A DNA stretch of 64,000 nt, from the NCBI RefSeq assembly GCF_000143415.4, contig NW_003314307.1, forward strand, positions 506,859 to 570,858. Direction: 5' to 3'. Shown here one piece after another: positions 35,756 to 47,471 of this stretch (position 1 is the first letter of the stretch; every line of letters starts with the position of its first letter). The DNA is from Selaginella moellendorffii. Its lineage: Eukaryota > Plantae > Lycopodiophyta. The translations under genes were made by a program, and so were the position numbers. The notes below the pieces were generated by a model. That model was not told where the DNA came from. It ran no database searches and worked only from the letters and a program-made list of their open reading frames with translations.

Positions 35756-38700
35756 TGACCAAGGACCAGTCGTGTGGTGAGGAAGTCCCAGAGGACCGTG
35801 GGACTTAGTGGTCGGGCCTGTGGGTCTCGATCCAGTGGCAGTGTTGGCAAACACGGCCAGGGGCAGAAAGGGACTTAGTGGGGACTGACAGAGGGATATT
35901 GGGAAAGGCTATTCCCCTTGTCGGTGGGCATCCTAAGGATGCTAAGGAGTGGATCTGAGATGACCACTCACAGATGGTTTGCCTAGTCTTGGAGAGCCAA
36001 GACTGTGATGCAAGTGGTATTGGACTACCAGTGTGGCAAAGGTGATTGGGCATGGCCTTAGCGTAACGGGCTGCTATGTCGGTGGTACCTTTGAGTGTCG
36101 GTCATGGGATCGGACACATGGAGCACTTGGACCAAGTGCAAATATTGAGTGGCATGGATGCCATTCTCGGGGCTAGCAAGTCCCAAGTCCTGGATTGGAC
36201 TTATGGAGGTTGTGAATGAGACTCCTCCAAGTGGTCGGAGGTGTGGTTAAGTGACTAAAGTAGAATGGAAAATTTAGTCGCTTACACCAGACTGTGGAAA
36301 GGAAGAGGAGTAGCCCTCTAGTGTGGTGACCAAGGACACAGTCACACAGGGAGGAAATCCTAGAGGACAGTAGGACTTAGTGGTCGGGCCGTGGGCCTTG
36401 ATCCAGTGGCAGTGTTGGCGAACACGGCCAAGGATAGAAAGGGACTTGGTGGGGACTGGAACGGAGATATTGGGGAAGGCTATTCCCCATGTTTGTGGGT
36501 ATCCTAAGGATGCTAAGGAGTGGATCTAGGATGGTCACTCATGGATGGATGGCCCAATCTTTGAAAGACGGGACTGTGGTGTAGGTGGTGTTAGACCACT
36601 GGTGTGACCAAGGTGAATGGGCATGGCCTTAGCGTAACGGGCTGATGTGTCGGTGGTACCTTGGGGTGTCAGTCATGGGATTGGACACATGGAGCACTTG
36701 GACCAAGTGCAAAGGTTGAGTGGCGGGGATGCCATTTTCGGGGCTAGCAAGCCCAAGTCCAAAATAGGACTTATGGAGGTTGTGAGTGAGACTCCTCCAA
36801 GTGGTCAAAGGTGTGGTTAAGTGACTAAAGTAGAATGGAAAAATTTAGTCACTTACAAGTAGCTTAGTGAATTGTTCAAGAGCCAACTCTAACTTCTTCA
36901 GGAGATTGAATAATTGATGCTCCCAATCTAAGCGTTGGTGGCACTACCTACTTGGATACTTGGCGTGGCTCAACAGAACCTCACTCTAACCACATGGCTA
37001 AAGCACCCAAAGGTAGAAGGTGGGGAGAGTACTTATGAGGCTCGCGTAGAGCCACTGTGTTCCAATTGTTGTCCCAAAGTCCCAACTATAGAAAGGAAGA
37101 AAAACAATCCTTTTGTGTAGTGACCAAAGATACAGTCACATGGTGAGGAAATCTTAGAGTACAGTGGGATTAGTGGTCAAGCCTATAGGCTTTGATCCAA
37201 TAGCAGTGTTGGCAAACACGGCCATGGACAAAAAAGGATTTGGTGGGGACCGAAAAAAGGATATTCGGGAATATTATTCCCCATGTTTACGAGCATCCTA
37301 AGGATGCTAACGAATGGATTTGGGATGATCACTCATGGATGGATGGCCTAATTTTTAAGAAACGGGATTGTGATATAGGTGGTGTTTGAGTCAATCATGA
37401 GATTAGACATGTGGAGCACTTGGACCAAGTGCAAAGGTTGAGTGGCATGGATGCCATTCTCAAGACTAGCAAACCCTAATTTTAAAATAAGATTTTATAA
37501 AGGTTGTGAATGAGATTCTTCCAAATGGTCAAAGGTGTGGTTAAATGACTAAAGTAGAATAGAAAATTTAGTCACTTATATTCTCTAAGTAGTGTCTTTT
37601 GTAAAAATGTCTTTAAAGCAAGTGTATCTAAAAATGAGACCATGAATAATTTCTTCTAGTGTTGGAAATAAAGTGATGTGGATTGGAAATTTACTTATAA
37701 TATTTGTCATTTAAGAGAAGTAATGTTTTAATTTATAAAATAAAAAAAGTTATAGTTTTGTTGAGGAACCTATATATAGTATAATTAGTATATTTTTTAT
37801 TTTAAACAATATATATACAAAATTTGAGACAATAATATAAAAAGTTCATCATTTTTTATGTAGGTTTGCTTATTTATTCTGATTTAGTTTTAAAAATATC
37901 TAACTAGAATTAAATAATAAACCAAAACTAATAACTTCAATAGCAATATTAGTCTTTTGTGTAGGACTAAAAAACTTGGCTATCAACACTACTACCTATA
38001 ACATTGAGTAGGGCATAATTGCTACTTAAGAAAAAATGTGACTAGTAAAATTTTTCCTAAAATTTGACTAGTGGTTTCATGAAAATGAACATATAAATTA
38101 GAGTTGTTATATGAATACTTATAAAAAGAAAACTAATCACTATAGCAATAGTATGAAGTCACTTCTATGTAAACAACTAAAAAAAACAATTCAAAAGATG
38201 ATCCATGGGGTTCAAATATAAAAGGAAAGGGCCTATAAACAAGAGTGCACCCTTTTTTCTAATTAGTTAAAGGTCTTAGGATATTTGGGATTAGATATCC
38301 TTGGGTTTGAAGAGTATTGGGTTAGGTGACTTGTGATTTGGCATTCTTAAAATTTTAAAGGGGTAAAGAATTTTAAAGTATAATTTGAACTCAATCTTAG
38401 AGTTGGTCCCAAAGTCGATCTCGAACTCGGTTTTAGAGGCAATCTTGGACTTAGTTTCATCCGATGAATTATTTATCGTTCTAATTATAATTTTAGGGAT
38501 CTTTTAGCATACAACACCTCAAGGAGTTAATTCCTTACTATTTCAGTTTAGAGTTTAAACATAAATCTTAAACCCTTCATAAACTTTTAAGGAAGCATGA
38601 TGGATTATAAGCAAGTAAATGGACTAACTCAAGAAATAATCTATAAGGGATATAAAGGGAAAGGGCCTATTAACAAGAGTGCACCCTCTTTCTAAATTGG

Positions 38701-39993
38701 TTAAAGCTTTTGGAATACTTGGGGTTAAGCTTACTTGGGTTTGAATAATATTAGGCTACATGATATCATAAGAAGTCTAAACTTAAGAGCTTACACCATA
38801 GTCAATACTTTTGTCCACTAAAATAAAGAAGAATGGACTCTCCTTGATATTGTAGAAGAGTTTTTGTTGTACTAAACCTTAGATTGCATCATCTTATAGG
38901 CAATTAAAGAGAGTGATTTAAGAATGGTCTATTGTAGTTTAAATATAAAAAGAAAGAAGCCATACTTTATTTTCCAATTGGGCAAAAGGTCTTTAGAGTT
39001 TTAGAGTTAAGCATTTATAGGTTTGAGTTGGTAACTTTCTAAGAAGTCTAAATTCATGAGCTTATTTTTGATATTTAATTTATTCAATATTGCTATAAAA
39101 TTGATATATAGGAAAGTTTAGTGCCCCTAGGTAAATATAATTCTGTAGATTGTCCAATGGAAAGTTTGTTACCACAAAATGGTGAATCAACTTCATTTCT
39201 AAAGAATCTTCTTCTCTTCTTCATTGAGTTGTTTCTTGCATGCAAAGTCCACAGACCTTTTCTAAGTAGCATCATCCTTCTAGTATTCCCCTCATACATA
39301 AATAAAGCATCTCTATGCACTACTGATGTCATTAAAATCCTCTCTTCTTATTCATTGCGTCATTTTTCAGATGCAAAGTCTACAGGCCCTTTTCGTAGCT
39401 TCATCCTTCTAGTATTCACCTCATGCATAGAATATCTCTATGCACTACTAATGAAGCATGTTTATTTAGAATTGTTAGCTAGATATTTGAGGTCTCATGC
39501 TTGGTGTATGTGTTTTTTTTTGTTGGCCTCATCATAATAAGAACACCTGATTATAACACGAAAGTTAAAACACCAAAGAAAAACTAGTTTATTTGAAAAT
39601 TCATCCTTTTTAGTGATGATCAAATAAAAGTGTTTATTAGGAAATGATGTACTGAATTTTGTGCATTCTTGGAGCAAGCTTGTGAGAGATCATATAAGTA
39701 AACCTGTTGTAGCTCACTTGAATGAACATCTTAAGATAGAGTAGGAACTGCTAGCTAATGCACTAGAAAGCCATGGAAAAACCAGTGAGAAATAAGAGTC
39801 AATCTAGCTCGTTTTACTCACTTCTTGCTTTTTCTTTTATCCCATACTCTTATGACCAGAAAAGAGTAAAAATGTTGTAAATATGGCACTTTAAGCAATG
39901 TTGCTTCAGTAAAATAGACCTTTTTCCTTGGCACGGTCTCCCCTTCACCCTTATTTTACATTACCCTATTGCTTAAATAATATGTATAATATA

Positions 39994-39998
<5 letters not shown>

Positions 39999-40082
<84 letters not shown>
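39999..40082. repeat. (TA)n microsatellite, ~42 units
   Basis: Directly visible. Confidence 0.97.
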
Positions 40083-40085
<3 letters not shown>

Positions 40086-40943
40086 AATGTATTTAAAATT
40101 TACTAGTCATGACTTAATTATTTTGCTGCACATTGCATTGTAGCAATGTTTGGTTTGCTTGCATATTTCATATTATCATAAATTTATTATGTCCATTGAG
40201 GGAAAGAAAGTAAGATTTTATGATGTGCATATGTTATATAAGTTTTTCTTCTATTATATTTAGATAGTAGCTAGTAGGGAAACTTTTTGGTAGTCATAAA
40301 CAGTCTTAGTTTGATCATCATACACAATAAAAGCATATCCGTAATTCTTAGGTGCTACTCAAAATGCTAGTGCACAAGGTGTAAAAAGAATTTTCTTAAA
40401 ACAAAACATAGTTATTAGGGCGCTGGGATCTTTAGATCACCTCCTGGATAATAGTCCCACTGCTGCTGCTGGGAGAACATGCTACGACAGTAGCCGGTAG
40501 AGCTCCATGTGGGGGATGAGTATGGCATAGGTTTATAATTATGATTATAAGAGTAGCAAATTGGGTGCATTGGTATGCATAAGCTTTTGTGGGTTGACCA
40601 CCCTTGAGTGGCATGTTGAAAGGCTGAACTTCTTATGAGGTAGCCAAACAATCTCTTATAACTAAATAAGTATATTTTTTCATAAGTATATAGACCATCC
40701 ATTGTATATGATCATAAGATAAAAAATAATTTTAGAATATCCAGGCTTTCTAAATATGTTAGGCTTTTATTCACACTAGGTTAAAACAGTCAAACATTTA
40801 TAATTCTTTTAAAAAGTCTTAATGGTTATTTTGAGAAAGGTAGTCAAAAGATTAATCTTTGACAAAATTAAAAGTAACTTCAAAGTTTACAAAAATTTAA
40901 AGAACATTTAAATGACTCCAATCCAAGTAACTAATTTGAAGAT

Positions 40944-41895
40944 ATGAAAGAATATACAATTTTCTTGTTAATATGCAAAATAAAAATATTTATTTTCTTT
41001 ACAATTTTAAATACTATGCAAATTTATATGTATGCACCAAAAAATACAGTTACTGAATGGGGAAGAAATAATACATTTAATCAAACAGAAATGGGAATGA
41101 TTATTAGTAATGGATTTGAAAAACTTATAAGAAGTATAGGTTTATATGTTCCTAATGGATATCGACCAAATTATGAAAATATAGTAGAAGTTAATCTTGG
41201 TAGAGCAATGATCATTGTACAATTTAGACGTATGGATGGTAATCCTCCTGTATGTTCAATAGGGCAAATATCAAATGATAGAATTAATCCAAGAACTTTA
41301 AGATTTGGATTTGAATATTTATTTCAGTTATTTAAAGATGATATGTTTCAAGCATGTTCTGATGAATGCACTTTTACATCAAAAAAATATCAAATTGGTT
41401 ACAGTGTTTTATTTTGGTGGCCTCATAGGTTTAACTTATAAAAAAAAATATAGTTTTTCATATCATAACAAATATATTCCATATAATATTGATGATAATT
41501 GTGATATTACATTAACAACTTTAAATGCTGGATCTAAACATGATCATCTTTACACAGGTCAATTTTTAATGTCTCCAAATCGTAAAAATATATTATTAGT
41601 AGAGAGTAATTGCAAAATTTCTTTATATTCAAAAACAAACTTTATATGGAGATCGAATAATATTGAAGAGCATTATGATTTATGTGTTTTAAAAGTTAAA
41701 ACTAATGGTAATATTGTTTTATACAATAGTTACAAACAAATAGTATGGTCTATTTTGAAATATTGTTCAAATTGTATAAAATTAACATCTCTTACTTTAC
41801 AAAATGATTGTAATTTAGTGTCATATGAAGCAAAATTTCCAAATAAGATTTGGTGGGCAACAAATACTTATAATCATATTGGATGTTTAAAATAA
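40944..41895 (+). pseudogene. Frameshifted, probably secreted protein with a C-terminal bulb-type (B/GNA-like) lectin domain
   Basis: ORF 41305-41895 has LYTGQFLMSPN, LKVKTNGNIVLY, LTLQNDCNLVSY and WATNT motifs. ORF 40944-41441 has a hydrophobic N-terminus. Removing one base at ~41439 fuses the two ORFs. Confidence 0.75.
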
Positions 41896-42212
41896 TTCAT
41901 TTATTATAGTAATTTTTTGGTTTTTTAAAATTAATAATCAACAAATCTAAAAATCTAAACTGCACTAAATGTTGAATTTGAATAAAATTATAAGGTGATT
42001 AAACACCAAGAATAAAATAAGCTGATTAAATACTAAGATTTAAACATGTAATTATTAGATGAAATAAAATTTCAAATTTATCTGAACAACTTGATAAAAG
42101 TAGCATTATGTTTGTGACCACTGGAAAAGGTCAAAGTAAAATCGAAAAATAGCAGGCACATGTTCATCTTTTATCAGCTAGTTATTGAAGATGTTGTTTC
42201 CTAGTTTTGGAG

Positions 42213-43299
42213 CTATAAGATGTGATGTTTCTTGAGGTACCTTAGCCCCATGGAGCAAGTCACAATCGATGGTAGCATCATCTGGCCACTGAACATGATC
42301 TTGTCTAATTCTTCCAAGTCCACTCTCACAATTTCCATATACTCCTCACTATCTCGTGGTCTCGGGTTTGGATCGATCTGCAAATATGCCGTCCATGAGC
42401 AAGGAATTGCTTGAAATGAAATTACAGTACCAGAGGATCCAGGATCAGATATGGAGTGAATCTATTCCTGCACCATTTTACCTGTATTGAGAAGAACAAG
42501 AACAAATATAACAGTGAACTTGACAAACTTTGTGATTATCACTGGTTTACCTCGAGCAAACCAGGATGGTCGTCGCCAATCAGCTTTACAAGCTTGCCAT
42601 CGTGCAAGTGAGCCTTCCAAATGTTTTGAAGAAGGAAATAAGAAACAACAAACAGAGAAATCAATCCATTACCTCCTCGGACAGCTCCTTCATTGCACAA
42701 TCTTCCAGAGAAGTATGGCTTTTCGAGAGACCACCGCAAGGCAAACTAAACATCATTCCATTCGATCCCTGTGTTTTCAAACTCCAGAAGTGAAAGTAGG
42801 AACCAAAAGAAAAAGAAAGGTTGAAACCTGCGCGTACTCCTTGATCAAAGTCACAAGCTTGCTTTTCGAGTCGAAAGGCATGACGGCACAGAAATGGAAC
42901 GACACAGTCCTGGAGCCTACAATGTCGTATTCCACGACCTTGCGGGCATCCTGTGCATCGGGGGGATACTATAGATCGATCCAGCCACAAAACGAAAGAG
43001 TTGAAGTCAGCGAGATCTCATCTATGGAGCAGCGGAGCACAGGGATTTTACCTCAAAAACTAACCTCCACAATGCGATTGTAAACGTTGAGATAGCGCGA
43101 ATAGCGCAGCTCCTCCTGGAAATCACGAAGAATTCCTCCAAATCAATCCTCGAGACACACTACCTTGAGAATCTGGAAATCGCCGCTCCCGATCGCTAGA
43201 TCTGCCCAGGAACAAGCTCTAAGCTCAAGAAAAGGCACGCATTGGGCGGAAGAAACACGCACCCTTGGCGCCTCCCTCACATTCCGCGCTCCTCGCCAT
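42213..43299 (-). CDS. Nudix hydrolase family protein (8 exons)
   Basis: Manual GT-AG splicing gives an open frame: MARSAECEGGAKDLAIGSGDFQILKEELRYSRYLNVYNRIVEYPP...VTLIKEYAQG...LPCGGLSKSHTSLEDCAMKELSEEAHL...EVKWCRNRFTPYL...RDSEEYMEIVRV...KKHHIL*. It includes a Nudix-box-like segment. Confidence 0.85.
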
Positions 43300-43344
43300 T
43301 GAAGAACCCTAAAATATTTCTCTAGAGCTCTAGATTTATTTCCA

Positions 43345-43746
43345 ATGGCGGCCGAGCGAAGGACGCCCAAGCCCGCGGAGGTAATCGCCTACTACAAATC
43401 CAAGGGCTTGAATCAGGAGCAGGCCTGCGAGAAGGCAGTGGAATCGCTCCAGAAGGCGCTGGCTCTCTCGCTCCGGCGGCAGCAAATCCAGCCCGAGCGC
43501 ATCGCATTGCTCGAGTCCCAGGTCGTGAATGTCGGGCAGGCGGTGAGGGATCTGGACAAGAAGCTCTCGCGGCTGGAGATGGCGCTGGATTCGAAGCCCG
43601 GCATCGCGCAAATCTTCGCTGCCGGGGTCGCGTCGGGCAGCGCAATCCGGGGCCTCTTCGATGGAGCTCCCCATCTCTTCCGCGCAATCGCCCAGGTTTC
43701 TGGAAATATCTCCAGCTCGATGCGTCACAAATCTTCCAGGCTTTAG
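43345..43746 (+). CDS. Hypothetical 133-aa protein (coiled-coil plus hydrophobic C-terminal helix)
   Basis: Clean ATG-to-TAG ORF in good context (CAATGGCG), with GC3-rich codon use like its neighbours. Confidence 0.7.
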   Translation: MAAERRTPKPAEVIAYYKSKGLNQEQACEKAVESLQKALALSLRRQQIQPERIALLESQVVNVGQAVRDLDKKLSRLEMALDSKPGIAQIFAAGVASGSAIRGLFDGAPHLFRAIAQVSGNISSSMRHKSSRL

Positions 43747-43948
43747 AGCCAGGTAGAGTCGCAAGATTGGATTGAGCGATGAATGGATTCAAAGATTTCC
43801 AAGCTAGCAAGTGTTCTTCCTAGATTGATCAATGGATGGAATGGATCCAAGCTCGAAATTTCTGTAAGTTAGAAAGAATTACAAGTGTGTGTATGGTACA
43901 TTGCACTGTGAGAAAGAAATCTAGGAGATCTTGCGATCGCCGCGCCGT

Positions 43949-44347
43949 CTAGTCCGAATCGGTGGCCTTGCTGCCGCCTGAGGTGGCCGATTTCTTGGGG
44001 AGAAGCACCGAATGGATGTTGGGAAGAACACCGCCGCTCGCGATCGTGACATGCCCGAGAAGCTTGCTCAGCTCCTCATCGTTCCTCACCGCGAGCTGGA
44101 TGTGCCTGGGGACGATCCTGTTCTTCTTGTTGTCGCGCGCGGCGTTTCCTGCCAGCTCCAACACCTCCGCCGCCAGGTACTCCATCACCGCGGCCATGTA
44201 GACCGGAGCTCCAGCGCCGACACGCTCGGCGTATTTCCCATGCTTCAAGAACCTGGCGATCCTCCCCACCGGGAATTGGAGCCCCGCCTTGGCGCTCCTC
44301 GACACGGCCTTCTTGCCCGCGGATTTGCCACGGCCTCCACCAGCCAT
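43949..44347 (-). CDS. H2A: Histone H2A (canonical type, intronless)
   Basis: [20 protein letters not shown]...[37 protein letters not shown]...LLPKK; no SQEF or KSPKK tail. TATATA at ~44484-44491. Confidence 0.98.
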   Translation of the reverse strand: MAGGGRGKSAGKKAVSRSAKAGLQFPVGRIARFLKHGKYAERVGAGAPVYMAAVMEYLAAEVLELAGNAARDNKKNRIVPRHIQLAVRNDEELSKLLGHVTIASGGVLPNIHSVLLPKKSATSGGSKATDSD

Positions 44348-44595
44348 CGCGAAATCTCAACGCTACGCAGAAGAAATCTCCCAAGAATTGAGGAGCGAGG
44401 GAAGAAATCCACAATCCAGGCCTAGGCGAGCGTGGAAGAAGAGGAGCAACGATTCAACAGCACGGGCAGTGTCTCAAGAGCCCTATATATACACACACGG
44501 GCCAATCTCCATCGAGGACTGGGATCGCCACTTGCAGCCGTCCGATCGAGCCCACATCCAACGGCCCAAGTTTAAACTCTTCTCCCTCGCGCGGC

Positions 44596-47286
44596 TCAAT
44601 CGATATGAAATCTGTTCCTTCTTGCCGTGTTCGTCTTGGCCCCGGACAAAGGCTCGAGCCTCTCCAGTTTTCTTCGCTTGCTGCTGCTCGCGGTTTGGAA
44701 AATCCTCGGTGCCAGTTCGATCAGCCAGCTCGATTCGATCGATGTCACTCCTTGCATAAACTCCTTGCTCGTCATGAGCAGCTCCTGGTAAACCACCCAC
44801 TTTGGCGAGCCTCGATGAGCTAGCGAGCTCCCCGGATGGATGAACACTCGCTGGTTTCCAACCAAAGTCCGGTAGCCTCCCTCGGGATCTCTCCGCGCGG
44901 CGTGGTAGAAAAGCCCCGCGCAAATCCCCTTCCTGATCTTGGAGTTGTCGCTTCCAGCGCTCACCACTGCCAGTCCCTTGTCTTCCATGGTGCTCAGCAG
45001 CTCTTTCCTCACGTCGTGAGCTCGTTGGAGAGCTTCCACGCGAACAAAGTTGCTGTGGCACCATCCGGCCGCGAAGCCACTCGCCTTCCAGCTCTCGTAG
45101 ACGGCTAGAAGCGTGAGGCAGTCTCCACCAATCTGGAAAAACCGGGCTTTTTTCCTGTCCGCCTCCGACTGCTTGTCCAAAGGCCGGTAGAAAACGCTCT
45201 GAGCTTGCAACATGGAGATGATGGTGATGATCTCGTCGCTACAGCCGAGCTCCACACTGGCCAGAAGCATCCTCGACAGCAAAGGCTCCATCGGAAACTC
45301 CACCATCTTCAAGCCCAGTTTCGTGATATGACCGCCATCGTCGAGAGCACCCAAGCTATAGAGCTGCTCCATCGCCGAACTGAGAGCGTGATCAGCCGGT
45401 CGATCCAGAAAGTCGAAAGAAAAGATGCCGTCCTCGCGGAGAATTGCCTTGAGATTCAGCACCGTGCTTCCGAGATTAGTTCTCTGGATTTCAGGCACGG
45501 TTGACGGGAGCATCTCGCTTTGTAGCGTGTTCTCCGGATAGAGTCGATAGCAAACTCCAGGACCTGTTCGTCCGGCACGACCAGCACGCTGTTTTGCCGA
45601 CGCCTGTGATATCGGACAGATAACCAGCGAGTCCAGCCCCAGCTTTGCGTTGTAGCGGTGTTCTTTCACATAACCCGAGTCCACCACGTAGTAAATCCCG
45701 TCGATCGTCAGGGAAGCCTCTGCGATGTTCGTTGCAACCACAACTTTTCTCCTACCTGGAGGTGTTGGATCGAAAATCTTTGATAAACTCTCGGCCGGGA
45801 GTGCACTGTACGCCGGCAAGATGACCAAAGTTGGAAGGCCAGGACCCAGCGCTCGCATCTTTTCCTGTAGAGCCTGGCAGGCCGTCTCAATCTCTTCCTG
45901 GCCCGTGAGAAACAGTAAGATGTCGCCTTCGGGTTCCCTGACATGGATTCCCAGCACAGTAGACACCGACGCGGCCAAGTAGTCCGGCTCCGGCAGCTTC
46001 GAGTGGATCACTTCTACGGGGAAAGTTCTCCCGGGAATATGAAAGGTGACACACCCGAAAAAGTACTGCGAGAACTTGTCCGCGTCGAGCGTAGCCGAGG
46101 TGACAATCAGTCGAAACTCCGGACGGCGTCGGAGTAAATCCTTGAGCAATCCGAGAAGCACGTCAGTATCGACGGTTCTCTCGTGAACTTCGTCCAGCAT
46201 CACCACCGAGTACGAGGAAAGGTTTCTGTCCATGAGAATCTCCCTGAGCAGCATTCCATCCGTCATATACTTGATGACAGTCTGAGAACTCGTGATGTCC
46301 TCGAAACGAATAGCGTAGCCGACCTCCTCGCCAAGACGACATCCAAACTCCTCGGCGACTCGTTTTGCCACGGACGTCGCAGCAATCCTTCGGGGCTGCG
46401 TGCAACCGATCATTCCATTCGAAGTGTAGCCTTCTTCCGCGAGGAACTGAGTTATCTGCGTTGATTTTCCCGATCCCGTCTCACCTATAACTAGAAGAAC
46501 CTGGTTTTCTCGAACAGCCTCTAGCAGTTTCTCCCTCAAACCATATATTGGAAGTCCCTGTCGTTGCTTTAAAATCGCAGGATTTACTTCCCTGTCTCTC
46601 TTAAACTGGACTCTTGGCCTCTTGACTCGAGCGTTTGCAGCGATCTCACGAAGAGAAGGATGATCTTTTTGTGGCTTATCCGGTGGCTTCTTTGCGATCG
46701 AGCTGGAAGATGCTTGCTTCTCGACCTCCTTGGACGATCCTTTCCTGCCAAAAGCGTGGAGCTTGTCCGTGGAAGGCTTGATAAACTTTGGTTTCTCTTG
46801 ATCAAACTCAACTGGTTCTTCGATAACCTCCACCAATGCGGTGTGCTGCTGGCGAAGGAACTCGGGCTTGGCCTCTTTAAGTTCCACCTCGACTTGCTCG
46901 ACATGACAACCATCATCTTCTATTTCCTCCAGTATCCTTTTTCTCAAATTCCCATGCCTGGATCCCAGTCCGAGTCTAGAACTAGGCGGCCTAGAAGAAA
47001 AAACCTGTGACGATTCCACCGAAGCGAACACCCCACCGGTGTAAGCCACGACTTCCCTCCCTGTCCTCTGATCGACATCGCTCATGGATAGCACTACTCT
47101 CTGCCCATTCGCCGACACTACCTTGACCCAAACCTCTTGCCCTTGCATCACTAATCCCTGCGCCGCGTAGACGACGCCCTCGTTGATTCCCCATGGCCCC
47201 GCAAGCTCCACAAAGCATCCCGGCCCAGCGATCCGAGAGACCTTACCCGAGTAGACGCCGCGCGGCTGCGGTCCCTTGGCGCTCAT
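44596..47286 (-). CDS. PRP22/DHX8-like DEAH-box RNA helicase with S1 domain, intronless
   Basis: N-terminal S1-like domain, GETGSGKST, TQPRRIAA, DEVH, SAT, TNIAEASLTIDG and QRAGRAGR motifs, HA2/OB-like C-terminus. Confidence 0.93.
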   Translation of the reverse strand: MSAKGPQPRGVYSGKVSRIAGPGCFVELAGPWGINEGVVYAAQGLVMQGQEVWVKVVSANGQRVVLSMSDVDQRTGREVVAYTGGVFASVESSQVFSSRPPSSRLGLGSRHGNLRKRILEEIEDDGCHVEQVEVELKEAKPEFLRQQHTALVEVIEEPVEFDQEKPKFIKPSTDKLHAFGRKGSSKEVEKQASSSSIAKKPPDKPQKDHPSLREIAANARVKRPRVQFKRDREVNPAILKQRQGLPIYGLREKLLEAVRENQVLLVIGETGSGKSTQITQFLAEEGYTSNGMIGCTQPRRIAATSVAKRVAEEFGCRLGEEVGYAIRFEDITSSQTVIKYMTDGMLLREILMDRNLSSYSVVMLDEVHERTVDTDVLLGLLKDLLRRRPEFRLIVTSATLDADKFSQYFFGCVTFHIPGRTFPVEVIHSKLPEPDYLAASVSTVLGIHVREPEGDILLFLTGQEEIETACQALQEKMRALGPGLPTLVILPAYSALPAESLSKIFDPTPPGRRKVVVATNIAEASLTIDGIYYVVDSGYVKEHRYNAKLGLDSLVICPISQASAKQRAGRAGRTGPGVCYRLYPENTLQSEMLPSTVPEIQRTNLGSTVLNLKAILREDGIFSFDFLDRPADHALSSAMEQLYSLGALDDGGHITKLGLKMVEFPMEPLLSRMLLASVELGCSDEIITIISMLQAQSVFYRPLDKQSEADRKKARFFQIGGDCLTLLAVYESWKASGFAAGWCHSNFVRVEALQRAHDVRKELLSTMEDKGLAVVSAGSDNSKIRKGICAGLFYHAARRDPEGGYRTLVGNQRVFIHPGSSLAHRGSPKWVVYQELLMTSKEFMQGVTSIESSWLIELAPRIFQTASSSKRRKLERLEPLSGAKTNTARRNRFHID

Positions 47287-47471
47287 CGCGAAATGCCCTA
47301 AAAATGCGAAATAGAAGATTACATAGCGCTGTTAGGTTAGAAAAACGCGTGCCCTAATAGGACTAAAATGAAGTTATAAGAATTAAAATTGATTAACAAC
47401 TGACCTAATTTAATCCCCACTAAAGGATTATTAACAACTTTAACTTAAAGGATAACTTCGCCTTTACATTT

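Larger units (their letters stand above)
22568..36286 (+). mobile_element. Family B element B2, inserted in the 3' LTR of B1
   Basis: Perfect TSD CCAGA (22563-22567 and 36287-36291). 5' LTR 22568-gap plus 30255-31302, PBS TGGTATCGGAGC at 31306, internal region to 35369, 3' LTR 35370-36286. Confidence 0.9.
15252..36857 (+). mobile_element. Family B non-autonomous LTR retrotransposon B1
   Basis: 5' LTR 15252-17164, PBS TGGTATCAGAGC at 17168, ~4-kb internal region without long ORFs, PPT-like GGGTGGTGGAG, 3' LTR 21180-22567 plus 36287-36857. TSD GGTAG/AGTAG (one mismatch). Confidence 0.9.
14551..37580 (+). mobile_element. Old, degenerate family B solo LTR split in two (14551-15251 and 36858-37580) by nested insertions
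   Basis: Both halves align to the family B LTR and rejoin at CAAGCAGGGTAG|CTTAGTGAA. It ends in ...GTCACTTATA with no PBS after it, and lacks its first ~18 bp. Confidence 0.85.

Noticed and set aside
39928-40143. IYIYIY ORF
   Set aside because: Translation of the (TA)n microsatellite.
42487-43083. 198-aa plus-strand ORF and other antisense ORFs across 43-50 kb
   Set aside because: They are shadows of well-supported genes on the opposite strand.
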